NCBI GenBank assembly: GCA_943357895.1
Contig: CALRGO010000002.1
Span: forward strand, 25,926-89,925
DNA length: 64,000 nt
Direction of reading: 5' to 3'
Source of the DNA: Parcubacteria group bacterium
GTDB lineage: Bacteria > Patescibacteriota > Minisyncoccia > UBA6257 > UBA11618
Shown here: positions 35,769-45,532 of the stretch, one piece after another
Numbering within the stretch: position 1 is the first letter of the stretch
How the letters are laid out: the number at the start of each line of letters is the position of its first letter
Position numbers and translations under genes: made by a program
Notes under the pieces: model-generated
Databases searched by the model: none
Seen by the model: only the letters and a program-made list of their open reading frames with translations
What the model was told of the DNA's origin: nothing

Positions 35769-37790
35769 AGGAACTAGATAGCGAGTAAATCCAACGCTCA
35801 CTATAGTCAACGTTGCTGCCTGCGTCAGTACCAGGCCGCCCGTAAGGATATAGTCTTTGCGTTTGACTGCCGGCGCTATGCTACGGGGCATCATAAGATA
35901 CAGGACGGATGCGAAAAGAAATGCAATAAAAGGTATGGATATTGCGATCTCTACGGGATTAATGCCGAAGAACACCTCCGCTTTACTTATAAGGAGACGT
36001 CCATATGCCCGCGGCTCCTCCTGCATCCATTGGAAGGTGCGGGTTGCGCGGCCGTCGACGAACCGATACGCTATTTTTTCGACGAGGGGTGGGAGAGGCT
36101 GCTGTGGCACGAATGCCTCCGGAACGGGCGTGCCTATCATCAGGCTTGATGTGCCGCTTGATCGCAGAAAGAGCTCTGCTTTTCCTCCTACGGCAATATT
36201 TCTTATTACGAAAGGAGCGAGCATTAAGCTATAGCTAATCATAAAAATAACGGCAGGTAAAAGACTTTTTCGTTTTAGGCTTACGGCCATCCAGAGCAGA
36301 ATAACGGGTACGAAAAATTCCATATTGCTTCGCATGAGGACGAGTAATCCCGTAAGTACTCCCCCTACCCCGAAGAGGGCATATTTTTTTGAATTTACTG
36401 GTTGTTTTTCCGCCGAAAAAAGAGCGAGTACTGTTATTGCGGCTAATAATGCGCCTGCAGGATATAATTGTGTCGAATAATTCCGCATAAGCGGGTGAAA
36501 AAATACTCCTATGCCCGCCATGTAGAGAAACGGATTACGTGTCCCAGTTATTATTTGACCGATTTTTATTGTTATGAGTGCTGTTCCTATAAGCGCAATA
36601 CTTTGAATGAAAAATATGGGGAAAAGAGCCTCTCCTAAAATAAGGTGTGCGATGGCGAGAAGGTAGTAGTATAATATTTGCCAATAGTAAGAATCTTTTT
36701 CATATGTGGTCATCGCCCAGTCGCCTGTTGCGGCGATATGGCGTGCAAATGTTTCGTAGAGAACGGGATCATTCCCTGTTGGGAGTAGATTAAAATACCG
36801 CGACTCTGCCATAGCGAGGAGATTATATGTTGAAAAAGCAAGTCCTGCTAAAAATAAGACTGAAAATATAAAACGATCCGATCGTATCCATTCTCGCCAT
36901 GCTGCGCCGCGGGTTTTCATTATTAAATATGCTATTAAAAGCAGGAAAATAAGCATGATTCCACTTTCGTTTACTATCCCCCATATTCGATCTTCAGCAA
37001 GCCTTTTTTCAGTCGCGGGATGAGTATAGAAAAATCTTTCCGTAATTGCCGTTTCTTCACCCTCTGTCCACGCGAGGTAAATAAATCGGTTTGTTTTTGC
37101 CCCCGCATCGTAGCGTATCTCAAGTGGAATGGTGCCGCTTGAGCGTGAGGGAAGATGGATGGCGGCGGGGAGATTGCCTATGGGGGTGATAACCCTGTCT
37201 AGTATGACGGTAATTTTTGCGTCTTGATTAGCAGAGACTGTTATAGAGTCGTAAGTTGGAGGAACGCGTAGATTTGTTTTCCAAAGAGCTATAAACGGAA
37301 TAGCGGTCTTATCAATTTCTTTTCCGTTGCCGTTAAAGCGATCCTTTTCGTTCAGAAACCATAAAGGAAAAGGATCGGCGTGGAGTGAGTAGCCGGCGTT
37401 ATTAAAATTGATTTCTTGGTCAATCTTCGTAGTCAGGAACGCTGTCGGCGCGCCGTATTCCGTTGTCTCGGGGGCCTGATATTCGCTTATTACGCCATGG
37501 GCGGGTGAGAATAGTGTTGCGGCTATTTTTATGCCGATACAGAGCGTTATAGCGCACGCGAGTAGTGCGTATCGTTTGCCCCCATCTATTTTTGTGGTGG
37601 AAGAATTTTCTGGTAGGGCTACGAATAAGACAATAAATGCCGCGATAAGTAAGAGTTCATGAAGCGAGCCTAAGGGAATTCCGTTCACCCACGACCCAAC
37701 GCCGGGAATCGCGATGAACGTTAAAAACAGAAGCTCGCAAAAACGTTTGAGAATGAATGGGTTTTTGTTTATGCTGGATGGTGATGTCAT
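35673..37790 (-). CDS. large membrane glycosyltransferase-like protein (GT-C fold, ArnT/PMT_2-like) with N-terminal extracytoplasmic domain
   Basis: Signal-anchor, ~230 aa soluble beta-rich domain, then ~11 TM helices; 705 aa; 3' end overlaps convergent GT4 gene by 96 nt. Confidence 0.55.
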   Translation of the reverse strand: MTSPSSINKNPFILKRFCELLFLTFIAIPGVGSWVNGIPLGSLHELLLIAAFIVLFVALPENSSTTKIDGGKRYALLACAITLCIGIKIAATLFSPAHGVISEYQAPETTEYGAPTAFLTTKIDQEINFNNAGYSLHADPFPLWFLNEKDRFNGNGKEIDKTAIPFIALWKTNLRVPPTYDSITVSANQDAKITVILDRVITPIGNLPAAIHLPSRSSGTIPLEIRYDAGAKTNRFIYLAWTEGEETAITERFFYTHPATEKRLAEDRIWGIVNESGIMLIFLLLIAYLIMKTRGAAWREWIRSDRFIFSVLFLAGLAFSTYNLLAMAESRYFNLLPTGNDPVLYETFARHIAATGDWAMTTYEKDSYYWQILYYYLLAIAHLILGEALFPIFFIQSIALIGTALITIKIGQIITGTRNPFLYMAGIGVFFHPLMRNYSTQLYPAGALLAAITVLALFSAEKQPVNSKKYALFGVGGVLTGLLVLMRSNMEFFVPVILLWMAVSLKRKSLLPAVIFMISYSLMLAPFVIRNIAVGGKAELFLRSSGTSSLMIGTPVPEAFVPQQPLPPLVEKIAYRFVDGRATRTFQWMQEEPRAYGRLLISKAEVFFGINPVEIAISIPFIAFLFASVLYLMMPRSIAPAVKRKDYILTGGLVLTQAATLTIVSVGFTRYLVPLLPFVLLMLIFFALGIYNVMRAAFQRLIEHR

Positions 37791-38644
37791 ATTTCGTTCT
37801 TACGAGGCCGGGTCAGTGGATTAAGAATATTCTCGTTTTTGCCCCCATTTTTTTTATAGGAAGGGCGGGAAATTATGAAGATATGCGCGCCGTCTTTTTT
37901 ACGTTTCTTGTATTTACCCTTTTTTCCGTTGCTGCTTATATCATTAATGATATCATCGATCGCGATGATGACGCACTCCATCCAGTAAAACGTTTTCGCC
38001 CGATAGCGAGCGGGGTTATATCCCCTGCTCGTGCGGCAGTTTTTGCTGCTGTTATTTTTTCTTGCGCTGTATGGATAATGATGCGTTTTATTCCTTCTAT
38101 CATGCATAGCATGGTAGCCTATGCCTTTTTAACAGCGTTTTACACCTTTTATTTAAAGCGAATTCCCCTTGTCGATATAGTTACGGTTACATCGTTTTAT
38201 TTGCTTCGTGTTGCGGCAGGAGGGTCTGCGATACATATCATTCCTTCACGTTGGCTTGTCGCATGCGTCATGTTTCTTGCCCTTTTTATCGTATTAGGTA
38301 AGCGTCGTGCGGAATGTGCGCATTCCGCCTCAGCTATTCGTCCCGCACTTACTTTATATGCATCTGAACCGTACGGTATGCGAGAGATGCTTGATCATCT
38401 TCTCCCCGTTGCCGCCGCAGCAACTATTTCATCGTACGGAGCATATACAATCCTTGCCGTTCATTCTGATCTCGCTGTATATTCGCTCTTTTTCGTTATA
38501 TTTGGCATATTCCGATATTTTTTTCTGATTTACCGTTCGGCATTCGCTGAATCTGCCGAAATAGCGCTTACTAAGGATATGCCATTGCTTTTTTCCGTTT
38601 GCGGTTGGGGTATTTTTATGTATATTGTCGTATATCATTTATGA
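37757..38644 (+). CDS. UbiA-family prenyl-phosphate transferase, decaprenyl-phosphate phosphoribosyltransferase (DPPR synthase)-like
   Basis: RPGQWIKNILVFAP N-terminal motif, NDIIDRDDDALHPVKRFRPIASG Asp-rich motif and YLLRVAAGG...GKRRAE region resemble mycobacterial Rv3806c-type enzymes; 8-9 TM helices; true start probably Met 37778 or 37784. Confidence 0.65.
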   Translation: MGFCLCWMVMSYFVLTRPGQWIKNILVFAPIFFIGRAGNYEDMRAVFFTFLVFTLFSVAAYIINDIIDRDDDALHPVKRFRPIASGVISPARAAVFAAVIFSCAVWIMMRFIPSIMHSMVAYAFLTAFYTFYLKRIPLVDIVTVTSFYLLRVAAGGSAIHIIPSRWLVACVMFLALFIVLGKRRAECAHSASAIRPALTLYASEPYGMREMLDHLLPVAAAATISSYGAYTILAVHSDLAVYSLFFVIFGIFRYFFLIYRSAFAESAEIALTKDMPLLFSVCGWGIFMYIVVYHL

Positions 38645-39351
38645 ATCATTTTGATTATATCGACGACTACGATGAGGAGATTCCCTTGCATTTGCGAGAT
38701 TATTTTATGGAGCGAAAAATAGGTTATATTCGCGCCCGTATCCTTGAAAACTACGGGAATGCATCATGTTCATTGCTCGATGCCGGTTGCGGTACTGGCT
38801 GGCACGTCGCCGCTCTTATCGACGCTGGTTATGATGTGACAGGAATCGACGCATCTGAGCGACAAATAGCCCATGCGCGGCTGACGCATCCGCAGTGTAA
38901 ATTTATTTGCAGTAGCATGCTCTCACTTCCTTTTCCCGACGGCTCCTTTGATGTTGTTTACGCGATAAATTCTTTACATCATCTTGATTCTCCTGCGGCG
39001 CAGAAAACCGCGTTAGGGGAATTACGTCGCGTAACGAAAACCGGGGGGATTATAATCGTGCATGAGATGAATACCCGTAATCCCCTTATTCGGTGGTATC
39101 TTAGATTTCTTTTCCCCCGCTTAAAATCAATTGATGCCGGAAATGAACAATGGATCCTTCCTTCGTATTGGGAGAAGCATTATCCAGAGGTCTGTGGACC
39201 CGTTTCTTATTTCACTTTTACGCCCGATTTCACTCCACGCTTACTTTTGCCTTTTTTTAGGATGGTAGACCGTTTCTTAGAGTCGACTTTATTGCGCTTT
39301 TGGTCTGCGCATTACGCTGTTACTTTGCGTTTTGAAAAAAATACTCTATGA
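38641..39351 (+). CDS. class I SAM-dependent methyltransferase (type 11)
   Basis: ATGA start/stop overlap with upstream gene; motif I LLDAGCGTGWH, motif post-I DVTGIDAS. Confidence 0.75.
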   Translation: MNHFDYIDDYDEEIPLHLRDYFMERKIGYIRARILENYGNASCSLLDAGCGTGWHVAALIDAGYDVTGIDASERQIAHARLTHPQCKFICSSMLSLPFPDGSFDVVYAINSLHHLDSPAAQKTALGELRRVTKTGGIIIVHEMNTRNPLIRWYLRFLFPRLKSIDAGNEQWILPSYWEKHYPEVCGPVSYFTFTPDFTPRLLLPFFRMVDRFLESTLLRFWSAHYAVTLRFEKNTL

Positions 39352-40379
39352 AATATCTTGTTACTGGTGGCTCGGGTTTTCTCGGTATTAATCTTATCAG
39401 GCATCTTCTTGGGGAGGGCGCCGAAGTTCGCTCTTTTGATATCGCGGATTTTACGTATCCTGAGGCGGCATACGTGGATGCCGTTTTAGGCGACGTGCGG
39501 GATAGCGCGTCCGTTGCCCGCGCCATGCGCGGTGTTGATGCGGTAATACATTGCGCCGCGGCGCTTCCTTTGTATTCCGATTACGACATCGTATCTACTG
39601 ACGTCTCAGGAACGGAAAATATTCTTGCCGCGGCGGCGTCGGCGGGTGTCTCGCGTGTTGTGTATATATCCTCTACCGCCGTTTACGGAATTTTAAGCGC
39701 TTGCCTAGCGGATGAAGATACGCCGCTCGTCGGCGTTGGTCCGTACGGTAAAGCAAAGATTGACGCCGAGGCATTGTGCCTTTCGTACCGCAGGCGTGGC
39801 ATGTGCGTCCCTATCCTCCGTCCTAAATCATTCGTCGGTCCCGAGCGACTTGGTATATTCTCCTTGTTATACGAATGGGCGTTTTCAGGAAGGAATTTCC
39901 CCATCATCGGCAGTGGGCACAACCGGTACCAGCTTCTTGATGTCGCCGATTTATGCTCTTTTATTTCAACAGTATTGCATGCTGACGCCCGTATAGCAAA
40001 CGACACATTTAATGTCGGCGCGCGGGAATTTTCAACCGTACGTGAGGAATATCAAGCGGTGCTCGATCGCGCGGGGCACGGCAAGCGCGTTATTTCGTTT
40101 CCTGCCGGCCCCGCCATAGCTGCTTTGCGTATGCTTCACGCATGCCGTCTTTCGCCGGTCTATCCATGGGTTTACGAGACTGCAGGTAAGGATTCGTACG
40201 TTTCCATTGCGAAAGCCGAGCGGGAGCTGGGATATTCGCCGCTATATTCCAATATGGACGCACTATTGCGCAATTACGAGTGGTATATTGCTAACCGTCC
40301 GGCCTCCGGCGCGCGGGGTATATCCCACCGAACATCATGGAGGGGGGGCATGCTTGATTTTCTTAAATTATTTTTTTGA
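39348..40379 (+). CDS. NAD-dependent epimerase/dehydratase (extended SDR)
   Basis: VTGGSGFLG Rossmann motif, catalytic YGKAK (YxxxK); G7 homopolymer near 3' end (40343-40349). Confidence 0.8.
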   Translation: MKYLVTGGSGFLGINLIRHLLGEGAEVRSFDIADFTYPEAAYVDAVLGDVRDSASVARAMRGVDAVIHCAAALPLYSDYDIVSTDVSGTENILAAAASAGVSRVVYISSTAVYGILSACLADEDTPLVGVGPYGKAKIDAEALCLSYRRRGMCVPILRPKSFVGPERLGIFSLLYEWAFSGRNFPIIGSGHNRYQLLDVADLCSFISTVLHADARIANDTFNVGAREFSTVREEYQAVLDRAGHGKRVISFPAGPAIAALRMLHACRLSPVYPWVYETAGKDSYVSIAKAERELGYSPLYSNMDALLRNYEWYIANRPASGARGISHRTSWRGGMLDFLKLFF

Positions 40380-40831
40380 TGGCTAGTCCGCTTCATTATT
40401 TTTTCGAACTTGATCTTACGGCTTTCTCTCAAGACGTTTTTATTGTTGATGTTGAGGGTACAATTGCCCTACACGGGGCACATGCGGCGGATCCGGCTTC
40501 AGCTCGCAATATGGACGCCGTGCGTAAAGAAAAAAATATATTTCTTTGTTCGAATGCGCTTGATCAGTTGCGTATCGAGCGCATAGCCGCCGCTATCAAT
40601 GTCGGCTGCATCGCCTTATGGGGGGGGAAGCCGTGGGGGCGATTACCGGCCAGATTTCCGCGTAGTTCCGCTATAGTAGTTTTTGGCGATAAGTTCTTAA
40701 CCGACGGGTTATTCGCTTGGCGTATTGGTGCCCGTTTTATAAGAGTTCGCCGTCTTGTTTGCGGGAAGGAATCATTTCTAGAAAAGATATTTTTAAAAAT
40801 AGATGATTATCTCGCCTTATTTTTAAAATGA
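40376..40831 (+). CDS. HAD-superfamily phosphatase-like protein
   Basis: Motif I-like FIVDVEGT and motif IV-like VVFGDKFLTDG; 151 aa; contains in-frame G8 tract (40620-40627). Confidence 0.4.
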   Translation: MMASPLHYFFELDLTAFSQDVFIVDVEGTIALHGAHAADPASARNMDAVRKEKNIFLCSNALDQLRIERIAAAINVGCIALWGGKPWGRLPARFPRSSAIVVFGDKFLTDGLFAWRIGARFIRVRRLVCGKESFLEKIFLKIDDYLALFLK

Positions 40832-41928
40832 AAATTCTCATAGCAACGGGTATTTTTCCTCCTGATATTGGCGGGCCGGCGACCTATGTTCCTTTCGTTG
40901 CAGATGAGTTCGTCCGGCGCGGGCATTCGGTGCGGGTTGTGACGTACGGATCACGCCGCGCCGGCGGCTTATCGTATCCGGTTACGGGTGTTCCCCGCTT
41001 TCCGTTGCCGTTGCGGTATTTTTTGTTTTTTTTCGCGTGTGTCCGATACGGAGTTTTTGCTGATTGCATTTTTGCGCAGGACGCCTCGTCTTCGGGTGTA
41101 CCCGCGGCTTGCGCCTCCTTCATTTTACGGAAACGACTTATTGTGAAAATAGTGGGCGATTTTTCTTGGGAGTATGCTCGTAATGCGGAATTAGTGATGG
41201 ATGAAATTGATAATTTTCAAAAGAGATCTACGTATCCTTTTATCGTGCGGATGATCCGTTTTTGCCAAAAGGCCGTATGTCGCCGCGCCGCTTGCATAAC
41301 CGTACCAAGTCGTTATTTGAAGGGCATTGTTATGGGTTGGGGTGTTAATACGGAAAAAATAACCGTAATACCTAATGCGGTTATCGTTACCGCGCATCCG
41401 GTTTTGGCGGAGCGAGACCGCTTCATGGTTTTTACTGCGGGGCGTTTTGTCCCATGGAAGGGTTTTGATGGATTAATTCGCGCTTTCGCAAAAGCGCGAG
41501 ATGCGGCTCCGTCTGCGCGCCTCATGATTGCAGGAGACGGCCCGTGTCGGGAGAGTCTTGTTATGGTGGCTTCCGATGCAGGGGTTCTCGATGTAGTTTT
41601 ATTTTTAGGGCGCATATCCCCTTCGGAGATGGCTACGTGGTATTCCCGCGCCGGATGCTTCGCTCTTTTTTCTTCGTACGAAGGCCTTTCGCACGTCATT
41701 CTTGAGGCGTTGTCGTACGGGCTGCCTGTTATAGCGAGCGACGCAGGAGGAAATGCGGAGGCGGTTACTGACGGCATAAACGGCATAGTGGTTAAAAGCG
41801 GCGACGAAGAAGCTCTCGCGATGGCGTTGGTGAATTTTTTTAAGAATCCTATGTTTATTAAGAAGAATATAAGTTATTCGACCGCGGCGATGATCGATGA
41901 TATTTTAGGGGTATTACAGGGTTCATGA
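40828..41928 (+). CDS. glycosyltransferase family 4
   Basis: MKILIATGIFPPDIGGPATY N-terminus; EGLSHVILEALSYGLPVIASDAGG. Confidence 0.8.
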   Translation: MKILIATGIFPPDIGGPATYVPFVADEFVRRGHSVRVVTYGSRRAGGLSYPVTGVPRFPLPLRYFLFFFACVRYGVFADCIFAQDASSSGVPAACASFILRKRLIVKIVGDFSWEYARNAELVMDEIDNFQKRSTYPFIVRMIRFCQKAVCRRAACITVPSRYLKGIVMGWGVNTEKITVIPNAVIVTAHPVLAERDRFMVFTAGRFVPWKGFDGLIRAFAKARDAAPSARLMIAGDGPCRESLVMVASDAGVLDVVLFLGRISPSEMATWYSRAGCFALFSSYEGLSHVILEALSYGLPVIASDAGGNAEAVTDGINGIVVKSGDEEALAMALVNFFKNPMFIKKNISYSTAAMIDDILGVLQGS

Positions 41929-43076
41929 AATTACTCATGTTTTCGCTCGACCGTATGATTTTAGAGGACGGCTCCGCCTCGCAGAAAAAAATAATCGAAT
42001 ATGTAGCGTTTGCCGAAGAAATCCATGTTATTCTTTTCTCTTTTCGTGGTGAATCATCCCACCTGATCCATCCGCGGGTTTTTATATATCCTACAAGTCA
42101 TTATTTCCGTTTTAATCCATGGTATTTTTTCCGCGCTTTTGCAATGGCACGTACTATTATCCGTGTGCGGAATTTTAGTCCTGAAAAGGACGTTATGACG
42201 GCGCAAGATGTATTCCCGACGGGGGTCGCGGCGTATGCCGTACGGAAGCTATTTGGTATACCTCTTCAGCTGCAGGTGCATATCGATTTTTTTAAGGCTC
42301 GTTTTAGGACTGAGTCACTCATGAACCGTTTATATTTTCTATGTGCGCGTTTTCTTTTACCACGTGCGGATGCGGTCCGTGTTGTTTCAGCTGAAATCAG
42401 GGAATATCTTGTTGATGTAATGGCAATTAAGCCTAAAAAAATAGCCCTACTTCCTGTATTTTGCGATATCCGTTTCATTGTAGATGCCGCACCCCGTTTT
42501 GATTTGCATAAAAAATATCCTGATCATTCTTTTTTGATAGTCGCTATCGCCCGTTTTGTTCCCCAGAAGAACCTCGAGCTTTGTATTCGCTCGATGGACT
42601 TAATCTTTGCGTCTCATAGGAATATAGGGCTTGTTCTTGTAGGAAGTGGGCCGGAGGAGCATCGATTGCGTTCTCTCTCGGCTGCGGGCAGTGCTCATAA
42701 AAATATATTCTTCGAGTCATGGACGGACACGGCTGTTTCGTACAATAAAGGTGCGGATGTTTTTCTATTTCCCTCATGGTATGAGGGTTGGGGGCTTGCC
42801 GTTATTGAGGCTATGGCATGCGGCGTGCCGGTTGTAGCGACTCCCGTCGGCTGCGTTCCCCTGCTGATTGAAAACGGAAAGAGCGGTTATATTATAGAAC
42901 ATGATGATGCGGCAGCGGTCGCGCAGCATATACGTTTTCTTTACGAAAATTGCGCTTCGCGTTTAGCTATGGGGGCCTTTGCTCGGGAGGCAGTTCTTAC
43001 CCGTTTGTCATATGATAAAACCGCATATTTTAAGGAGTATGCTCAGGCGCTCGCTATAGCATTTCATGGAGCATAA
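41925..43076 (+). CDS. glycosyltransferase family 4
   Basis: EGWGLAVIEAMACGVPVVATPVGC motif. Confidence 0.8.
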   Translation: MKLLMFSLDRMILEDGSASQKKIIEYVAFAEEIHVILFSFRGESSHLIHPRVFIYPTSHYFRFNPWYFFRAFAMARTIIRVRNFSPEKDVMTAQDVFPTGVAAYAVRKLFGIPLQLQVHIDFFKARFRTESLMNRLYFLCARFLLPRADAVRVVSAEIREYLVDVMAIKPKKIALLPVFCDIRFIVDAAPRFDLHKKYPDHSFLIVAIARFVPQKNLELCIRSMDLIFASHRNIGLVLVGSGPEEHRLRSLSAAGSAHKNIFFESWTDTAVSYNKGADVFLFPSWYEGWGLAVIEAMACGVPVVATPVGCVPLLIENGKSGYIIEHDDAAAVAQHIRFLYENCASRLAMGAFAREAVLTRLSYDKTAYFKEYAQALAIAFHGA

Positions 43077-44127
43077 AAAAAAGATTCTGCTTTTCAATCT
43101 TGCCGTCGATGAGGACGACCCTATTTTGGCGTTCTCAGTTACGCTTATCGCGCGCCTTGCGCGCGAAGCGGAGTTAGTACATGTGATAACAGTTCGCGCA
43201 GGACGTTTTCGACTACCTTCGAACGTTACCGTGTGCTCCGTCGGGCGCGAGTCTGATAGAGGCAGGATTGCCAGTATCTTTTCTTTTTATGGGCATCTTT
43301 TACATGCTATAAAAAAGGAGCGCTTCGATATATGCTTCGCCCATATGAATCCTTTATTCGTCGCGCTTGCAGGCCCCGTCTGTTTTATTCAGCGCATCCG
43401 GATTGTGTTATGGTACGCACATCGCCATCAGGGAATTATCGCACGGATCGCTCACTTTTTTTCATGGCGCGTACTTACGACTAATCGGGGAGGCTACTCT
43501 TTATTTTCAGATAAGGTGGTAGCTACGGGGCATATGATCGATACAGATTTTTTTAAGCCCGTTATAGGGCTCAAAAAATCAGCCTCGCCGCTTTTTGTTT
43601 CCGTCGGCAGGGTTGCTCCTATTAAGGATTTGATGACGTTCATTCGCGCAGCGGGTATTTTGCGCGATAACGGACATCAGTTTCGATGCGTTTGCGTCGG
43701 CCCTGTATTGCCGCATGATGAGGTGTATTATTCGGCTCTGCAGGCTGAGGTCGCCCGACTTTCTCTTTCGGAATATTTTTCTTTTGCTGGATCCGTTATG
43801 CGTGAGAATCTACCTTTCGAATATGGGCGCGCCACTGCCCACGTAAATTTATGCCCGTATGGAGCGCTCGATAAAGCCGTCCTTGAGGCTATGGCATGCG
43901 GCGTGCCGAGCTTTTTCGCGAATGACGAATTCGTTTCGGTCGCCGGCCGTTTTTCGAGCGGGCTGTTTTTTAAATACGGCGATCCGCGCGATCTCGCCCG
44001 CCTTCTTGAGAAATTTCTCCTTTCGCTGGCTCAAGATAATTTAGTTCGGAATGAATTGCGTGCTATGGTCGTGCGACGACATAGTCTTAATTCTTTTGCG
44101 CATACATTCATGGAATTAATTACATGA
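43066..44127 (+). CDS. glycosyltransferase family 4-like
   Basis: LEAMACGVPSFFANDE GT-B C-terminal motif. Confidence 0.65.
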   Translation: MEHKKKILLFNLAVDEDDPILAFSVTLIARLAREAELVHVITVRAGRFRLPSNVTVCSVGRESDRGRIASIFSFYGHLLHAIKKERFDICFAHMNPLFVALAGPVCFIQRIRIVLWYAHRHQGIIARIAHFFSWRVLTTNRGGYSLFSDKVVATGHMIDTDFFKPVIGLKKSASPLFVSVGRVAPIKDLMTFIRAAGILRDNGHQFRCVCVGPVLPHDEVYYSALQAEVARLSLSEYFSFAGSVMRENLPFEYGRATAHVNLCPYGALDKAVLEAMACGVPSFFANDEFVSVAGRFSSGLFFKYGDPRDLARLLEKFLLSLAQDNLVRNELRAMVVRRHSLNSFAHTFMELIT

Positions 44128-44774
44128 GAACGATAGTGGGTGAATTAGTTCGCGGCAAAGGATTATGGCGCGCCTTGTTGTACGAGGCAATCTTTTCTTC
44201 AGCGGTTGCTTTACGTGCGCCGATTATAGACATCGCCTCCGGAGGCAATCCCGGTTATTGGCGTATTTTAGGTTTAAAAAAAGCTGATATAACGACGATT
44301 GACGTTAATGCGTCCACCCACCCTTCTTTAGTCTATGATTTTTCTTCGTTTCGATTATCCTATCCCGATGCGTCTTTCGAGTCGGCATTTCTTATGAACT
44401 GCGTTTACATATTCTCCGACCCGCTTTCCGTTATGCGAGAAGTGCGCCGTATATTACGGTTGGGCGGTGTGGCACTTATGAGCTTTCCTCTTGTATTTCC
44501 TTATACTCCAGAGCCGCGCGATTTATACCGGTTTACCGAAGAGGGTGTTCGGTATCTATGTGCGGAATCAGGACTTGTTATTGTAGCTCTCATGCCACTT
44601 GGCGGAAGATGGGCATCTGCCGCATATCTTATAAGTCCTTTTTTGCGTCCGTATTTTATTTTCGCATTCCCCGTATATTTTATGACCGTTTTTCTTGATA
44701 TGGTATCCGCTTTTTTCCTTCCTCGTCTATCTTCCGCACCAATCGGTTATTTCGCCATCGTTAAAAAAATATGA
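44124..44774 (+). CDS. SAM-dependent methyltransferase-like protein
   Basis: IDIASGGNPGYW motif I-like, LRLGGVALMSFP; hydrophobic C-terminus. Confidence 0.5.
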   Translation: MRTIVGELVRGKGLWRALLYEAIFSSAVALRAPIIDIASGGNPGYWRILGLKKADITTIDVNASTHPSLVYDFSSFRLSYPDASFESAFLMNCVYIFSDPLSVMREVRRILRLGGVALMSFPLVFPYTPEPRDLYRFTEEGVRYLCAESGLVIVALMPLGGRWASAAYLISPFLRPYFIFAFPVYFMTVFLDMVSAFFLPRLSSAPIGYFAIVKKI

Positions 44775-45532
44775 TTGGATATTGGGCACGAGAATTACTT
44801 TACGGTGTCCTTCGGGTAACGTTATCGTTCAAGCGCGATACCAGTCTCTACGTGCTCATGTATCATTCTGTGGGCGGCGACGGACCCCTTTCGGTTTCTG
44901 TTGCAGAGTTTAATTGGCAGATGCGCTTTATATCCCTTAATTACGACGTTATTTCGCTTTCTAGCGCTCTTTCTGTATCTCGTCTCCCGCGCGTCCGTCC
45001 TGCTATATGTGTGACTTTTGACGACGGGCTCGCTGATCTATACGCAAATGCACTTCCTATTTTAGAGAGGTGGAGAATTCCAGCGACTTTTTTTATTACG
45101 ACGGGATATATCGGCGGCTTACACCCCGTTTTTTACGGGCATGAGCGATGTATGTCTGCCACAGAAATAAAAGATCTGCATTTTCGCGGCTACGAAATTG
45201 GCGCACATACCGTCAGTCATCCCAAGCTCGCCCGTATTGACGCGCATGCTGCGTACGGGGAGATTGCTGGTTCTAAGGCGGTGCTTGAATTGATAACTGG
45301 CGCTCGTGTCCGTTCTTTCGCTTATCCTAAAGGTAGCTATACTGAAGCAGTGGAAAAATTAGTTGAGTCCGCCGGTTTCGAGGTGGCGTGTGCGGTGCGT
45401 GAGGCTGCGTGCGATTCTCAAGGTGATCGTTTCGCCTTGCCGCGCATAGCCGTCGACGCCTCGATAGGACGAATGCAGTTTAAGGGGAAGATTTCTCCTG
45501 CTATATCTGTTTATGAATATATTAAAAAATAA
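44771..45532 (+). CDS. polysaccharide deacetylase (NodB/CE4 family)
   Basis: TFDDG motif (ICVTFDDGLAD), HxxxxH-type (GAHTVSHP). Confidence 0.8.
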   Translation: MIGYWARELLYGVLRVTLSFKRDTSLYVLMYHSVGGDGPLSVSVAEFNWQMRFISLNYDVISLSSALSVSRLPRVRPAICVTFDDGLADLYANALPILERWRIPATFFITTGYIGGLHPVFYGHERCMSATEIKDLHFRGYEIGAHTVSHPKLARIDAHAAYGEIAGSKAVLELITGARVRSFAYPKGSYTEAVEKLVESAGFEVACAVREAACDSQGDRFALPRIAVDASIGRMQFKGKISPAISVYEYIKK

